Assembly (NCBI GenBank): GCA_963840885.1
Contig: CAWJAN010000006.1
Coordinates: 46,601-110,600 of the forward strand
From: an uncultured bacterium
GTDB lineage: Bacteria; Patescibacteriota; Minisyncoccia; Phycocordibacterales; GWA1-40-21
DNA: 64,000 bases
Direction: 5' to 3'
Shown: positions 30,353 to 38,543 of the stretch, piece after piece
Layout: every line of letters starts with the position of its first letter
How positions within the stretch are numbered: position 1 is the stretch's first letter
Notes under the pieces: model-generated
What the model was told of the DNA's origin: nothing
Database searches by the model: none
Seen by the model: the letters and a program-made list of their open reading frames with translations, nothing else
Translations under genes and position numbers: made by a program

Positions 30353-31123
30353 TTATGCTGCTTCGCGGATGAGCTCGGAAAAATCCCCGGTATTCAAACT
30401 GTCTCTTCCGATAAGAAGGCCGCTGACATCTCCCTTCTCCACGAGTTCTTTTGCATTTGCTTTTGTCACGGAACCGCCGTATAGAACAGGAATTTTTTCA
30501 GGGTCGCTTATTTTCAATGTATCGTTCAAAACTCTTCTTATGAAAATCGCCATTTCGTGGAGTTCAGCAGGCTTCATAGCTTGTTTTTCCGACTTTCCTA
30601 TAGCCCATACTGGTTCATATGCGACAATGAGATTTTTTATGAATTTTTTCGGCAATTTTTCTATGGCATTTTTCAGCTGCTTATCCAGCTCGACAAAATA
30701 TTGTCCGTGCTCATTCCTCTCTTTTTCGCCGATGCAAAGTATGGTCTTGAATCCGGCCTTAAGAGATCCGAAAAGCTTATTCCTGACTATTTCATCAGTA
30801 TCTCCTGAAGCGCGTTTTTCGGAATGTCCGACTATCACGTACTTTACTCCGGCGCTTCGGAGCATTTCCGGGCCTATCTCTCCGGTATGGGAAACTCCTT
30901 CGCCCAAAAAAACGTCTTGAGCTCCGAGTGCGGCTATTTTTGATTTATTCAATATATCCGAAACTTCATTTATATACACGAAAGGCGGGCAAATGACCAT
31001 TTTTACCGATTTTATGCCTTTTGTCTTACGCAAAGTCTCTGAAGCTATCCTTTTTGCTTCAGCGGCTGACTTCGGATTCATCTTCCAATTGGCCACTATG
31101 AATTTTGATTTGCTTTTCATCAT
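30353..31123 (-). CDS. tpiA: Triosephosphate isomerase
   Basis: ANWKMN, GHSE, AYEPVWAIG and LYGGSV motifs. Confidence 0.97.
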   Translation of the reverse strand: MMKSKSKFIVANWKMNPKSAAEAKRIASETLRKTKGIKSVKMVICPPFVYINEVSDILNKSKIAALGAQDVFLGEGVSHTGEIGPEMLRSAGVKYVIVGHSEKRASGDTDEIVRNKLFGSLKAGFKTILCIGEKERNEHGQYFVELDKQLKNAIEKLPKKFIKNLIVAYEPVWAIGKSEKQAMKPAELHEMAIFIRRVLNDTLKISDPEKIPVLYGGSVTKANAKELVEKGDVSGLLIGRDSLNTGDFSELIREAA

Positions 31124-31265
31124 GTTTACCCTGTTAAATAAGATTTGTTTAATCTTAGCTTAATTTTACTATGATATGTTAAAACAATACAGTACTTATG
31201 GAGTTTGGACCTATTTAACAGGGTGAATTATATCATTTTGAAAATATTTGATATACTGTTCCCAT

Positions 31266-31724
31266 ATGAACAAGCTTTCTTGGCAAATACTCGAGTACAA
31301 GAAAAGAGAAAAAACTGTCGACTGGTATTGGGCGGTCGGAGTTATAGCCGTTTCTCTGGCTATAATAGCGGTGATAATGGGCGACGGGCTATTTTCAATT
31401 TTTATAATCATAGCAACCGCCATACTTCTGACTTTTTCTTCCAGAGAGCCTAGAACTTTCGAAGTATCGGTAGACAAAAGAGGAATAATCGTGGGAGCAG
31501 AATCCTACCCTTTCGCAACGCTAGAAGATTTCTGGGTGGACATAAGCGAGCACAATAATCCGAAAATACTCCTGAAATCAAAAAAATTGATAATGCCTCT
31601 TATAGTGATACCCATAGAAGATTACGACCATATGGATATAAGGGATTTTCTTCTCGAATATCTTCCGGAAAAAGAAATGCATGAGCCTTTGTCGCAGAAA
31701 ATCATGGAAGGGCTAGGCTTCTAG
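31266..31724 (+). CDS. Conserved two-TM membrane protein
   Basis: LSWQILEY..REKTVDWYW followed by two TMs; likely start at 31266. Confidence 0.7.
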   Translation: MNKLSWQILEYKKREKTVDWYWAVGVIAVSLAIIAVIMGDGLFSIFIIIATAILLTFSSREPRTFEVSVDKRGIIVGAESYPFATLEDFWVDISEHNNPKILLKSKKLIMPLIVIPIEDYDHMDIRDFLLEYLPEKEMHEPLSQKIMEGLGF

Positions 31725-31793
31725 CTGTGGCTTTTTGCCTTTTGAAATGATAAATTAGGGCCGGCGAAACTTTCAGTTTCGCCGGCTGATATC

Positions 31794-31865
31794 GCTCCCA
31801 TCGTTCAATGGATAGGATAAATCCTTGCGAAGGATTTGATGTAGGTTCGATTCCTACTGGGAGCA
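31794..31865 (+). tRNA. tRNA-Arg(GCG)
   Basis: GCTCCCA/TGGGAGC acceptor stem, AATCC-TT-GCG-AA-GGATT anticodon arm, A20 in the D-loop. Confidence 0.93.
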
Positions 31866-31873
31866 CATGCATG

Positions 31874-31911
31874 CCTGCAGAACTATGGCCGAAAAAGGAG
31901 ATTGTGCGACT
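31874..31911 (-). repeat. 38-bp dif/Xer-like site, copy 1 (inverted relative to copies 2 and 3)
   Basis: CCTGCAGAACTATGGCCGAAAAAGGAGATTGTGCGACT is the exact reverse complement of 34840-34877 and 35261-35298. The Xer-like interpretation is inference. Confidence 0.9.
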
Positions 31912-31954
31912 TCAAAAGCGCCCAGTTGGGCGCTTTTAAATTTAATAACAAAAA

Positions 31955-32167
31955 CTATTTTAAACCAATTTTTATGCCTTTTTTAACATCTTTTCCAAAT
32001 TGAACGGATTTATCAACGATTGATTTTCTTTTTGACGCACTATTGTTCCATTTTTTCTTTAAATCTTTTGCAATCTTTTCCCCTTTGTTTTTTAAAACCG
32101 AATACTCTTTTGCACTATTGGAAACAATTTTACTTACCGCTTTTACTACTTTTTTGTTTTCTTTCAT
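31955..32167 (-). CDS. Lys-rich hypothetical protein (70 aa)
   Basis: ORF co-oriented with the sortase and followed by the hairpin AAAAGCGCCCA-GT-TGGGCGCTTTT. Confidence 0.5.
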   Translation of the reverse strand: MKENKKVVKAVSKIVSNSAKEYSVLKNKGEKIAKDLKKKWNNSASKRKSIVDKSVQFGKDVKKGIKIGLK

Positions 32168-32199
32168 TTTTGTTTATATTAACTATTAAATTATATGAT

Positions 32200-32837
32200 T
32201 TAATTTTCTCTATCAGCATACACAACGAGTCTATTGGAATAACTTTTCTTTGCTGCATTCCAGATCCCCTCACAAGTGATAAGATTTAGATGCGACTTAC
32301 CATCTTTCGAATCAAACACATTTGTAGAATTTCCATTCTCAGTGTATGTCCCAAGCTCTCCTACCACAAAGGTAGTTGTAGCTCCTTTATCATCCACCAC
32401 ATAAATTTTATCCCTTATATGCAGCTTGTATAAATTATCAAACACTGCAGGTATATTATTTTTCCAGCCATAGTGCCCAGCGACTACCGCACTGCCAATA
32501 TCTCCTGGACGTGGTCCCAAATCAAACCAAGCCACGTCATTTGGGCCTTTTGGTACAGCCATGGCTCCATCTGATGTTAAACCAACATATTCGAATGTTG
32601 CATCAACATTAATGTGTGGACGGACAAGCGAATCGGAAGTCGAGGCTGACGGCTTGTAGATGTACCGCTTTTTGATCTTACATTAATCAAATCTTGCAAG
32701 GCTTGGCTTATTGTCGGTGGAATCGGTATAGGTGCAGTGTAAGAATCCTGAGTGATAATATTTGTATTTAGAAGATATATGTAGGTTGCAGACAATATAA
32801 CTATAATACTGACTGTAATATATAGTGATAATTTCAA
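32200..32837 (-). pseudogene. Class F-like sortase split by a 1-nt frameshift at about 32618
   Basis: The TM anchor and LPIRLSV are in one frame; (P)HINVDATFEYVGLTSDGAMAVPKGP...AGH...LNLITC...NRLVV is in another. One extra C would join them. Confidence 0.8.
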
Positions 32838-32957
32838 TGATATTTTTTCCTTGCATATTTTTCAATACTATCGGAAAAGTAAAGTCCTCTAAGGCAGAGA
32901 TTTTACTTCCTCTAGCTTAAACAAATTTATTTTAACAATAAATTCTATACTAGATTT

Positions 32958-34598
32958 TTATTCTTCTTTGGAAAACTCACAAACTAAAGAAACAACCAGT
33001 ACGAGTATGATAGCTGAAAGCAATACTGTAAGCCATGAGACAGTTACTCCTTCTGGTGTAATCCCTGTATTAGGGAGATTCGGTGTGTTAACAAGAACGT
33101 TAGCAAAAGCAAAGGCTACCGCCGATAAACCATTTGCATCTCCTTTGACCGTAGCAATATTATCTGTTGAAACATTAATGTTTGTTTTACAGGTATATGT
33201 CCATATTTCATTTGAATCAAGTAATTTATTTCCATTGTTATCACCGGAAATAAATGTTATTGCTGCACATTTATTATCAGTAAGTGAAACATTGTGAATT
33301 GGAACTGTTCCTGAATTAATTACTGTATATTTATAAGTAACATCACCACCTCCAAAAGTAAACGGTGTTAACTGATTAGGAACTACTACGAGATTAATGA
33401 GTGGTGGCTGTATTGAACTTCCAACTACTACAGTGGCTATCGCAGTAGCAATCGCTGTATGATAATAAGCATCATCGCTATGACCAGTTGCTATGGCAGT
33501 ATTTGTAGTAGTGCTAGTAAGTGTTGTTGAACAAGTATATTTCCAATTTTCTCCGGGATCAAGCTTCTTATCACCGTTCAAATCACCAGAAGAATAAACG
33601 ACGGGAATACATTTATCATCAACAACCGTAACATCAACTAATGCCTGCTGTCCACCAACATTCCAAACATTGTAATTATATGTGACTTTTCCAGATCCAG
33701 CTGATAAAGCTAAAGGACTAGGAACTTTTGTAATTCCAATTAATGGAATTATTGATACTACACCCGGTCTATGTCCTTTAGCAGTAACAACAACCGGTGC
33801 ATTAGATAGTGAAATTGTGTTGCTAATAAGTGTAACTGCGGTTTGTGCCAATGCTCTTCCATTTAATGTCGCACCTGCTCGCATCGCAATATCCGTTTGA
33901 GCTAAAATGATACCTTGCATTTGTGAACCGGCTAAAAGATTTACTGTTCCTGCAACCTGCCAGAAAACATTCTTGGCTTGAGCGCCTCCGCTTAATATGA
34001 TTTTTTTACCGACTGCAAGATCAAGTGTCCCTGATATTTGGAAAACCCAAACATCATTTGCTCCACCTGAAAGTGTGACGTCATTTGTTATTGTTACATT
34101 ACTGCCCCAGGTATAAACACCGGGAGCAAGTGTCATAGTTCCTACTGTTCCGGCACCAATATTTAAATTTGGACCAACTCCAGCTGGTGTTGCTGGTGCT
34201 GAAGCATTGGTATATGCGATTCCCATATCTGAAACAGCATTATCAACTAAAGTTTTGTTTGCTCCAGGTCCAGGCATTACACAAGTATTATCAAAACTTC
34301 CTCCGGGACCACCTGCAAATGTAGCTAATGCATCAACTGTATAAATTGAACCAGTAATTTCTCCGCAAGTAACGCCAATTTGCGCACCACTACCAGCACT
34401 ATTACCAATATTTCCGGTAATAATCGAAGTCGGTACATCAGTAATTCCTGTTTCACCAAGAATTACAAAATTATTCGTATCTATTGATCCCAAATTTATT
34501 GGTGCTGGACCAGCAGCAAATGCAGCAACAGGACCAATAAAACCAATGACTAGAGAAACAATTATCGTTGATATTGAACTCTGACTAAATTTTTTCAT
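32958..34598 (-). CDS. Ice-binding-like (DUF3494) protein with two Ig-like repeats and an LPNTG sortase signal
   Basis: TLAPGVY, VWVFQISG, GGAQAKNVFWQVAG and LNGRALAQTAVTL motifs; C-terminal LPNTG plus TM. Confidence 0.9.
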   Translation of the reverse strand: MKKFSQSSISTIIVSLVIGFIGPVAAFAAGPAPINLGSIDTNNFVILGETGITDVPTSIITGNIGNSAGSGAQIGVTCGEITGSIYTVDALATFAGGPGGSFDNTCVMPGPGANKTLVDNAVSDMGIAYTNASAPATPAGVGPNLNIGAGTVGTMTLAPGVYTWGSNVTITNDVTLSGGANDVWVFQISGTLDLAVGKKIILSGGAQAKNVFWQVAGTVNLLAGSQMQGIILAQTDIAMRAGATLNGRALAQTAVTLISNTISLSNAPVVVTAKGHRPGVVSIIPLIGITKVPSPLALSAGSGKVTYNYNVWNVGGQQALVDVTVVDDKCIPVVYSSGDLNGDKKLDPGENWKYTCSTTLTSTTTNTAIATGHSDDAYYHTAIATAIATVVVGSSIQPPLINLVVVPNQLTPFTFGGGDVTYKYTVINSGTVPIHNVSLTDNKCAAITFISGDNNGNKLLDSNEIWTYTCKTNINVSTDNIATVKGDANGLSAVAFAFANVLVNTPNLPNTGITPEGVTVSWLTVLLSAIILVLVVSLVCEFSKEE

Positions 34599-34839
34599 AT
34601 TTTATTTATTGTTAATTTATAATTATTATTAATTTATTTTCAAACTTACTTAATATATTCTAGTTGAAATTTGACGATTATTTTTATATTTATGTATTTT
34701 ATTCGACCAAAAGTAGATATTTAGATGCTTTTTGAATAGAATCGCGATTGATTCATCAGCAATACCTGCACATAGTGTATCAATAATATGAATTTACTAC
34801 TAATATAGATATGTTTACAAGATATTATTTATATTTAAA

Positions 34840-34877
34840 AGTCGCACAATCTCCTTTTTCGGCCATAGTTCTGCAGG
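34840..34877 (+). repeat. 38-bp dif/Xer-like site, copy 2
   Basis: AGTCGCACAATCTCCTTTTTCGGCCATAGTTCTGCAGG. Confidence 0.9.
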
Positions 34878-35042
34878 GATGACATTGATAGTCTCTGGGA
34901 AGAAAGACAAGAGCAAATAGAAATTGAAGAACTTGATGCAAATGGAGAGAATCTTGAAGTTGATGAGGGACTAGAGGTGTGTCTTTGTGATATAGATAAA
35001 GATGCTTGCCCATTACATAATATGGAAGAAAATGAAGAATAA
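34878..35042 (+). pseudogene. 5'-truncated phage-like acidic ORF fragment
   Basis: DDIDSLWEERQEQIEIEELDANGENLEVDEGLEVCLCDIDKDACPLHNMEENEE*. No start codon near its 5' end; an in-frame TAG lies inside the repeat. Confidence 0.55.
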
Positions 35043-35289
35043 ATCACAAAAACAATGCGATGATTTACTCACTCCCATAATAAAGAAGTTGTTTCCTAAA
35101 TGTTTGCTTTGTGGTGGTGAAACGCAGGTGGCACACCATCACTGCCATAAAAGTAAAAGTTTAGTTCTTCGGTATGATTTAAAAAATTTAATTCCGCTTT
35201 GTAATAGTTGTCATTTCAAACTTCATTTTAATGAAAGTTTCTGGGCATCAAAGATAGTTCAGTCGCACAATCTCCTTTTTCGGCCATAG
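35032..35289 (+). pseudogene. NinG/HNH-like phage nuclease, apparently 3'-truncated by repeat copy 3
   Basis: CLLCGG..VAHH..KSKSLVLRYDLKNLIPLCNSCH..H; the last residues SHNLLFRP* are encoded by the repeat itself. Confidence 0.7.
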
Positions 35290-35298
35290 TTCTGCAGG
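35261..35298 (+). repeat. 38-bp dif/Xer-like site, copy 3
   Basis: Identical to 34840-34877. Confidence 0.9.
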
Positions 35299-35354
35299 TT
35301 AATGAGAACAAAAAACCTGTGACCGATTCATTTAATTCCGACCAGTAAAAATTT

Positions 35355-35909
35355 TTATATTTCCTCCTGAAATCTCTTTTCCCCTTCCTCTATGATTTTA
35401 AATGCTTCCTTTTTGCCGAACCATTTTTTGAAACTGACCTTCTTATTCTCAAGTATCTTGTATTCCTCAAAAAAGTGCTGGACTTCTTTCTTGAAATGCT
35501 CTCCGAGGTCTGACAACTCTTCCACCTCTTTCAATCGCGGATCATTTTCGGCAACTGCGATAATCTTCCAGTCCTGGCCGTTTTCGTCTTCCATATCGGC
35601 AATTCCTATAGGGCGAGCAGGAACGACGCATCCGGAAAAAAGCTCTGTGGAAATAATCACGAGTATATCTAGATGATCTCCGTCCTGTCCTCTTGTCTGA
35701 GGAATGAATCCGTAATCGAACGGATATCTCATTGACGAATGCAGTACGCGGTCCAGGCGTATTTCATCTGTGCTTTCTTCGTATTCATATTTATTGCCGG
35801 ATCCCTTTGGTATTTCGATGACGGCGTTTATTGTTTTTCCCTGCTTAAACCAGGTTTTTATTTTGTGAAAACTCATTGGTCTTAAACGATAAAAGCATTT
35901 GTCTTGCAA
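35355..35909 (-). CDS. ppa: Inorganic pyrophosphatase (family I)
   Basis: EIPKGS.NKYE, YPFDYGFIPQT and DGDHLD motifs; the true start may be MSFHK at 35876. Confidence 0.95.
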   Translation of the reverse strand: MQDKCFYRLRPMSFHKIKTWFKQGKTINAVIEIPKGSGNKYEYEESTDEIRLDRVLHSSMRYPFDYGFIPQTRGQDGDHLDILVIISTELFSGCVVPARPIGIADMEDENGQDWKIIAVAENDPRLKEVEELSDLGEHFKKEVQHFFEEYKILENKKVSFKKWFGKKEAFKIIEEGEKRFQEEI

Positions 35910-35933
35910 ATGCTTTTATCGAAAAAATTATAT

Positions 35934-36206
35934 TTACTTCTTTCCTTTTGCTTTGTTTATCAAGACGGTGATTCTGGATTTCAATCTTGCTGCCGTGTTT
36001 TTCTTCAGGAACTTTGTCTTGACGGCTTTGTCTATTGCTTTGTAAGCCGATGACAGCTTGGCCTCGGCTTCTTTGGCTTTTCCGCCCTTTACGAGCTTTT
36101 TTATTTCACGCACGGAATTTTCTATGGCTTTTGCCCTGCGGGAATTGAAGACTTCTTTTCTCTCCGCCACGCGCAACGCTTTTTTTGCTGATGATGTTAT
36201 AGGCAT
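35934..36206 (-). CDS. rpsT: 30S ribosomal protein S20
   Basis: MPITSSAKKALR...IDKAVK...KNTAARLKSR. Confidence 0.95.
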   Translation of the reverse strand: MPITSSAKKALRVAERKEVFNSRRAKAIENSVREIKKLVKGGKAKEAEAKLSSAYKAIDKAVKTKFLKKNTAARLKSRITVLINKAKGKK

Positions 36207-36409
36207 GATATTTGTATTTGGATAAGGAATAAATTAGCATACTTATGCTTTAGAAGCAAATGAATTTCATTAATATAATTTATCCGATATAATCTTTTAG
36301 AATATATTCAAATTAAATTATTGCATGATACTTGACATAGTTTATAATGTATGACATCATGCTAACAGAAAGCAAATGACTTAAAATTGAACTTTGAAAG
36401 GATTGATCA

Positions 36410-36841
36410 ATGAAAAAGAGCTCCGTTACATACGAAAAACCACTTCCGTCGATTTTTAAAATGGTGGGTGAACTTTTTATCTCAAAGGGATTTGATTTAG
36501 CTTGGCCAAGTGGAATAGCAATCGACATGAAAGAAGAACCTAATTGGTTCGATTCATATACATATGGATTAGGTATGCTGAAAAAAGATCCGAAAATGAA
36601 GCCGGAGAAATATTTTTTCGGTCTTTTCGAAAAAAAGGTAAGGCGAAATTTTCTTGGAGCTTTTACTTTTGAGGAGGACGAGAAAAAATTCATTTTTTTA
36701 GTTTATGGTCGAGATAATATTAAGTTAGCCAAGCAATTGGCCGACAAGATAGCATCGATGTACAAGATCAAGATTGTCATTCGTCTTGATTCTGTGAAAA
36801 CTGGAATTGAATATTTTCATTCAGATCATTCAGGAACTTGA
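36410..36841 (+). CDS. Hypothetical protein
   Basis: 143-aa ORF with AAAGGA upstream and a terminator hairpin at about 36853-36889. Confidence 0.6.
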   Translation: MKKSSVTYEKPLPSIFKMVGELFISKGFDLAWPSGIAIDMKEEPNWFDSYTYGLGMLKKDPKMKPEKYFFGLFEKKVRRNFLGAFTFEEDEKKFIFLVYGRDNIKLAKQLADKIASMYKIKIVIRLDSVKTGIEYFHSDHSGT

Positions 36842-37017
36842 GTAAGTTGGGTGAGCTCCCGCAGTTAATTCTGCCGGGAGCTCTTTTTTATTTCTTATTT
36901 TTGTTTTATTCTACAAACGCTATGAGCAAATATAAATCTATGGATTATGTTATAATCCTAGTAATGATAATTGGTCAAATGTAAGTAATTTTTATTGGCA
37001 AAAATTTTATCAAGTAA

Positions 37018-37581
37018 ATGATTTCCAAAATAATCGGCACTGTCTGGGATACGAACGGTAAATTTATGACAGTAGGAGTCGGCGGTGTCGGCTTCAAGAT
37101 TTTTACTACCGCCGAAACAAAAGAAACGGCGATAAAAGGTTCGGAAATTTCTTTGCATACCTACCTTGCGGTACGCGAAGACGCGCTAGACCTTTACGGA
37201 TTTCTATCAGAAGAGGAGCTCGGTTTTTTTGAAATGCTAATTTCTATTTCGGGAATAGGGCCGAAAACTGCTCTGAACATTTTAAGCATCAGCTCGGTGA
37301 CTGCGCTCAAAAGAGCGGTTTCCACTTCCGACGTATCTCACCTCGTAAAAGTTTCCGGCATCGGCAAAAAAATCGCCGATAAAATTGTTCTTGAACTTAA
37401 AGATAAAATTGGTGGCAGCGATGAAGGCGGACCGACACTCCGTGAAGAAGTAGATGCGATAGAAGCGCTCAAAGCTCTTGGCTATTCTCAAAAAGAAGCC
37501 CGCGACGCGCTGAAGCAGGTGGAAGTGAAAACCGGCACAAGCGACAGGATAAAAGAAGCGCTGAAAATACTCGGGAAATAA
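37018..37581 (+). CDS. ruvA: Holliday junction branch migration protein RuvA
   Basis: VREDALDLYGF, ISGIGPKTAL, GIGKKIADKIVLEL and ALKALGY motifs. Confidence 0.97.
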   Translation: MISKIIGTVWDTNGKFMTVGVGGVGFKIFTTAETKETAIKGSEISLHTYLAVREDALDLYGFLSEEELGFFEMLISISGIGPKTALNILSISSVTALKRAVSTSDVSHLVKVSGIGKKIADKIVLELKDKIGGSDEGGPTLREEVDAIEALKALGYSQKEARDALKQVEVKTGTSDRIKEALKILGK

Positions 37582-37590
37582 TTTCAAATT

Positions 37591-37629
37591 AAAAAGCGGA
37601 TTTTTCGCAAAGCGAAAAATCCGCTTTTT
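37591..37629. terminator. Bidirectional terminator between ruvA and mutM
   Basis: AAAAAGCGGATTTTTCGC-AAA-GCGAAAAATCCGCTTTTT. Confidence 0.75.
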
Positions 37630-37636
37630 TAAATAT

Positions 37637-38539
37637 CTATTTCTGATGGCAATCGCAGAAGCTGGCGCTTCGTCCGCCGACTTTTATTTTTTTTATTATT
37701 CCAGTGCATCCTTTCATGCTGCATTTTTCTCCTTCACGCCCGTAAACCTGCTGGATCCTGTGATATCCTCCTTCTTCGCCTAAAGGATTCCTGTAATCGG
37801 ACATAGAATCTCCCCCGACTTTTATGGATTTTTTCAGCACCGCAATGATTGAATGGTAAAGTTTTTTAAGTTTTTCTTCATTTATTTTTCCTACAAGAGT
37901 AAGTGGGTGTATTTCCGCCATCCAAAGCGCTTCATCGGAATAAATATTACCTATTCCCGCGATAAGTTCCTGGTCCATAAGGACAGTTTTTATTTTTCCT
38001 TTCGGTTTTTTGTATAGCCTTTCTTTGAAAGCCTTGTAAGTGAAATTATTTGAAAGCGGTTCGGGCCCTAGCTTTTTCAGGTCCGGCAAATCATTCATCT
38101 TGTCCGTATCAAAAACGAAAACTTTGGCGAATTTTCTCGTATCCGACAAAACCAGATCTTTTCCATCCGAAAGACTGAATACGAGATGTATGAAACGGTT
38201 ATAAGGATCGGCAAGCGGGCCAGATATCGGGGGAAGCCACTTCTTGTTTTTAAACAGGTATTTTCCATATAAAAGATGTCCCGTCATCTTCATGTGCACG
38301 AGTATTGTCTTGTCTCCGGACAGATTGATGAGTACATTCTTTGCTCTGCGTGAAACACTTATGACTTTCCTGTTAATGACCGATTTTCTGAAAACCGGAA
38401 AATATTTCTTGTTCTTCACATCGTCTTTTCCGGCGTAAAAAGAAGAATCATAATCGGTCCAGACATCCAGGATTTTAAGCCCTTTTATTTTCCTGTCTAA
38501 GATGCTGGCTGTAGTTTGTACTTCGGGTAATTCCGGCAT
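37637..38539 (-). CDS. mutM: Formamidopyrimidine-DNA glycosylase
   Basis: MPELPEV, HMKMTG, GIGNIYSDE and a C-terminal zinc finger. Confidence 0.95.
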   Translation of the reverse strand: MPELPEVQTTASILDRKIKGLKILDVWTDYDSSFYAGKDDVKNKKYFPVFRKSVINRKVISVSRRAKNVLINLSGDKTILVHMKMTGHLLYGKYLFKNKKWLPPISGPLADPYNRFIHLVFSLSDGKDLVLSDTRKFAKVFVFDTDKMNDLPDLKKLGPEPLSNNFTYKAFKERLYKKPKGKIKTVLMDQELIAGIGNIYSDEALWMAEIHPLTLVGKINEEKLKKLYHSIIAVLKKSIKVGGDSMSDYRNPLGEEGGYHRIQQVYGREGEKCSMKGCTGIIKKIKVGGRSASFCDCHQK

Positions 38540-38543
38540 AAGA

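Larger units (their letters stand above)
31874..35298. mobile_element. AT-rich islet bounded by three identical 38-bp sites, directly 3' of tRNA-Arg(GCG); no recombinase gene inside
   Basis: Visible compositional shift that starts and ends at the repeats; accessory cargo. Confidence 0.7.

Noticed and set aside
31869-31880. GCATGCCTGCAG resembles the pUC SphI-PstI polylinker (vector contamination)
   Set aside because: The match is only 12 bp, its CCTGCAG part belongs to the 38-bp repeat, and no other vector sequence flanks it.
34840-35298. Canonical CRISPR array
   Set aside because: Only two direct copies, a 383-bp spacer, a third copy inverted, and no cas genes. Reported instead as an unexplained repeat system.
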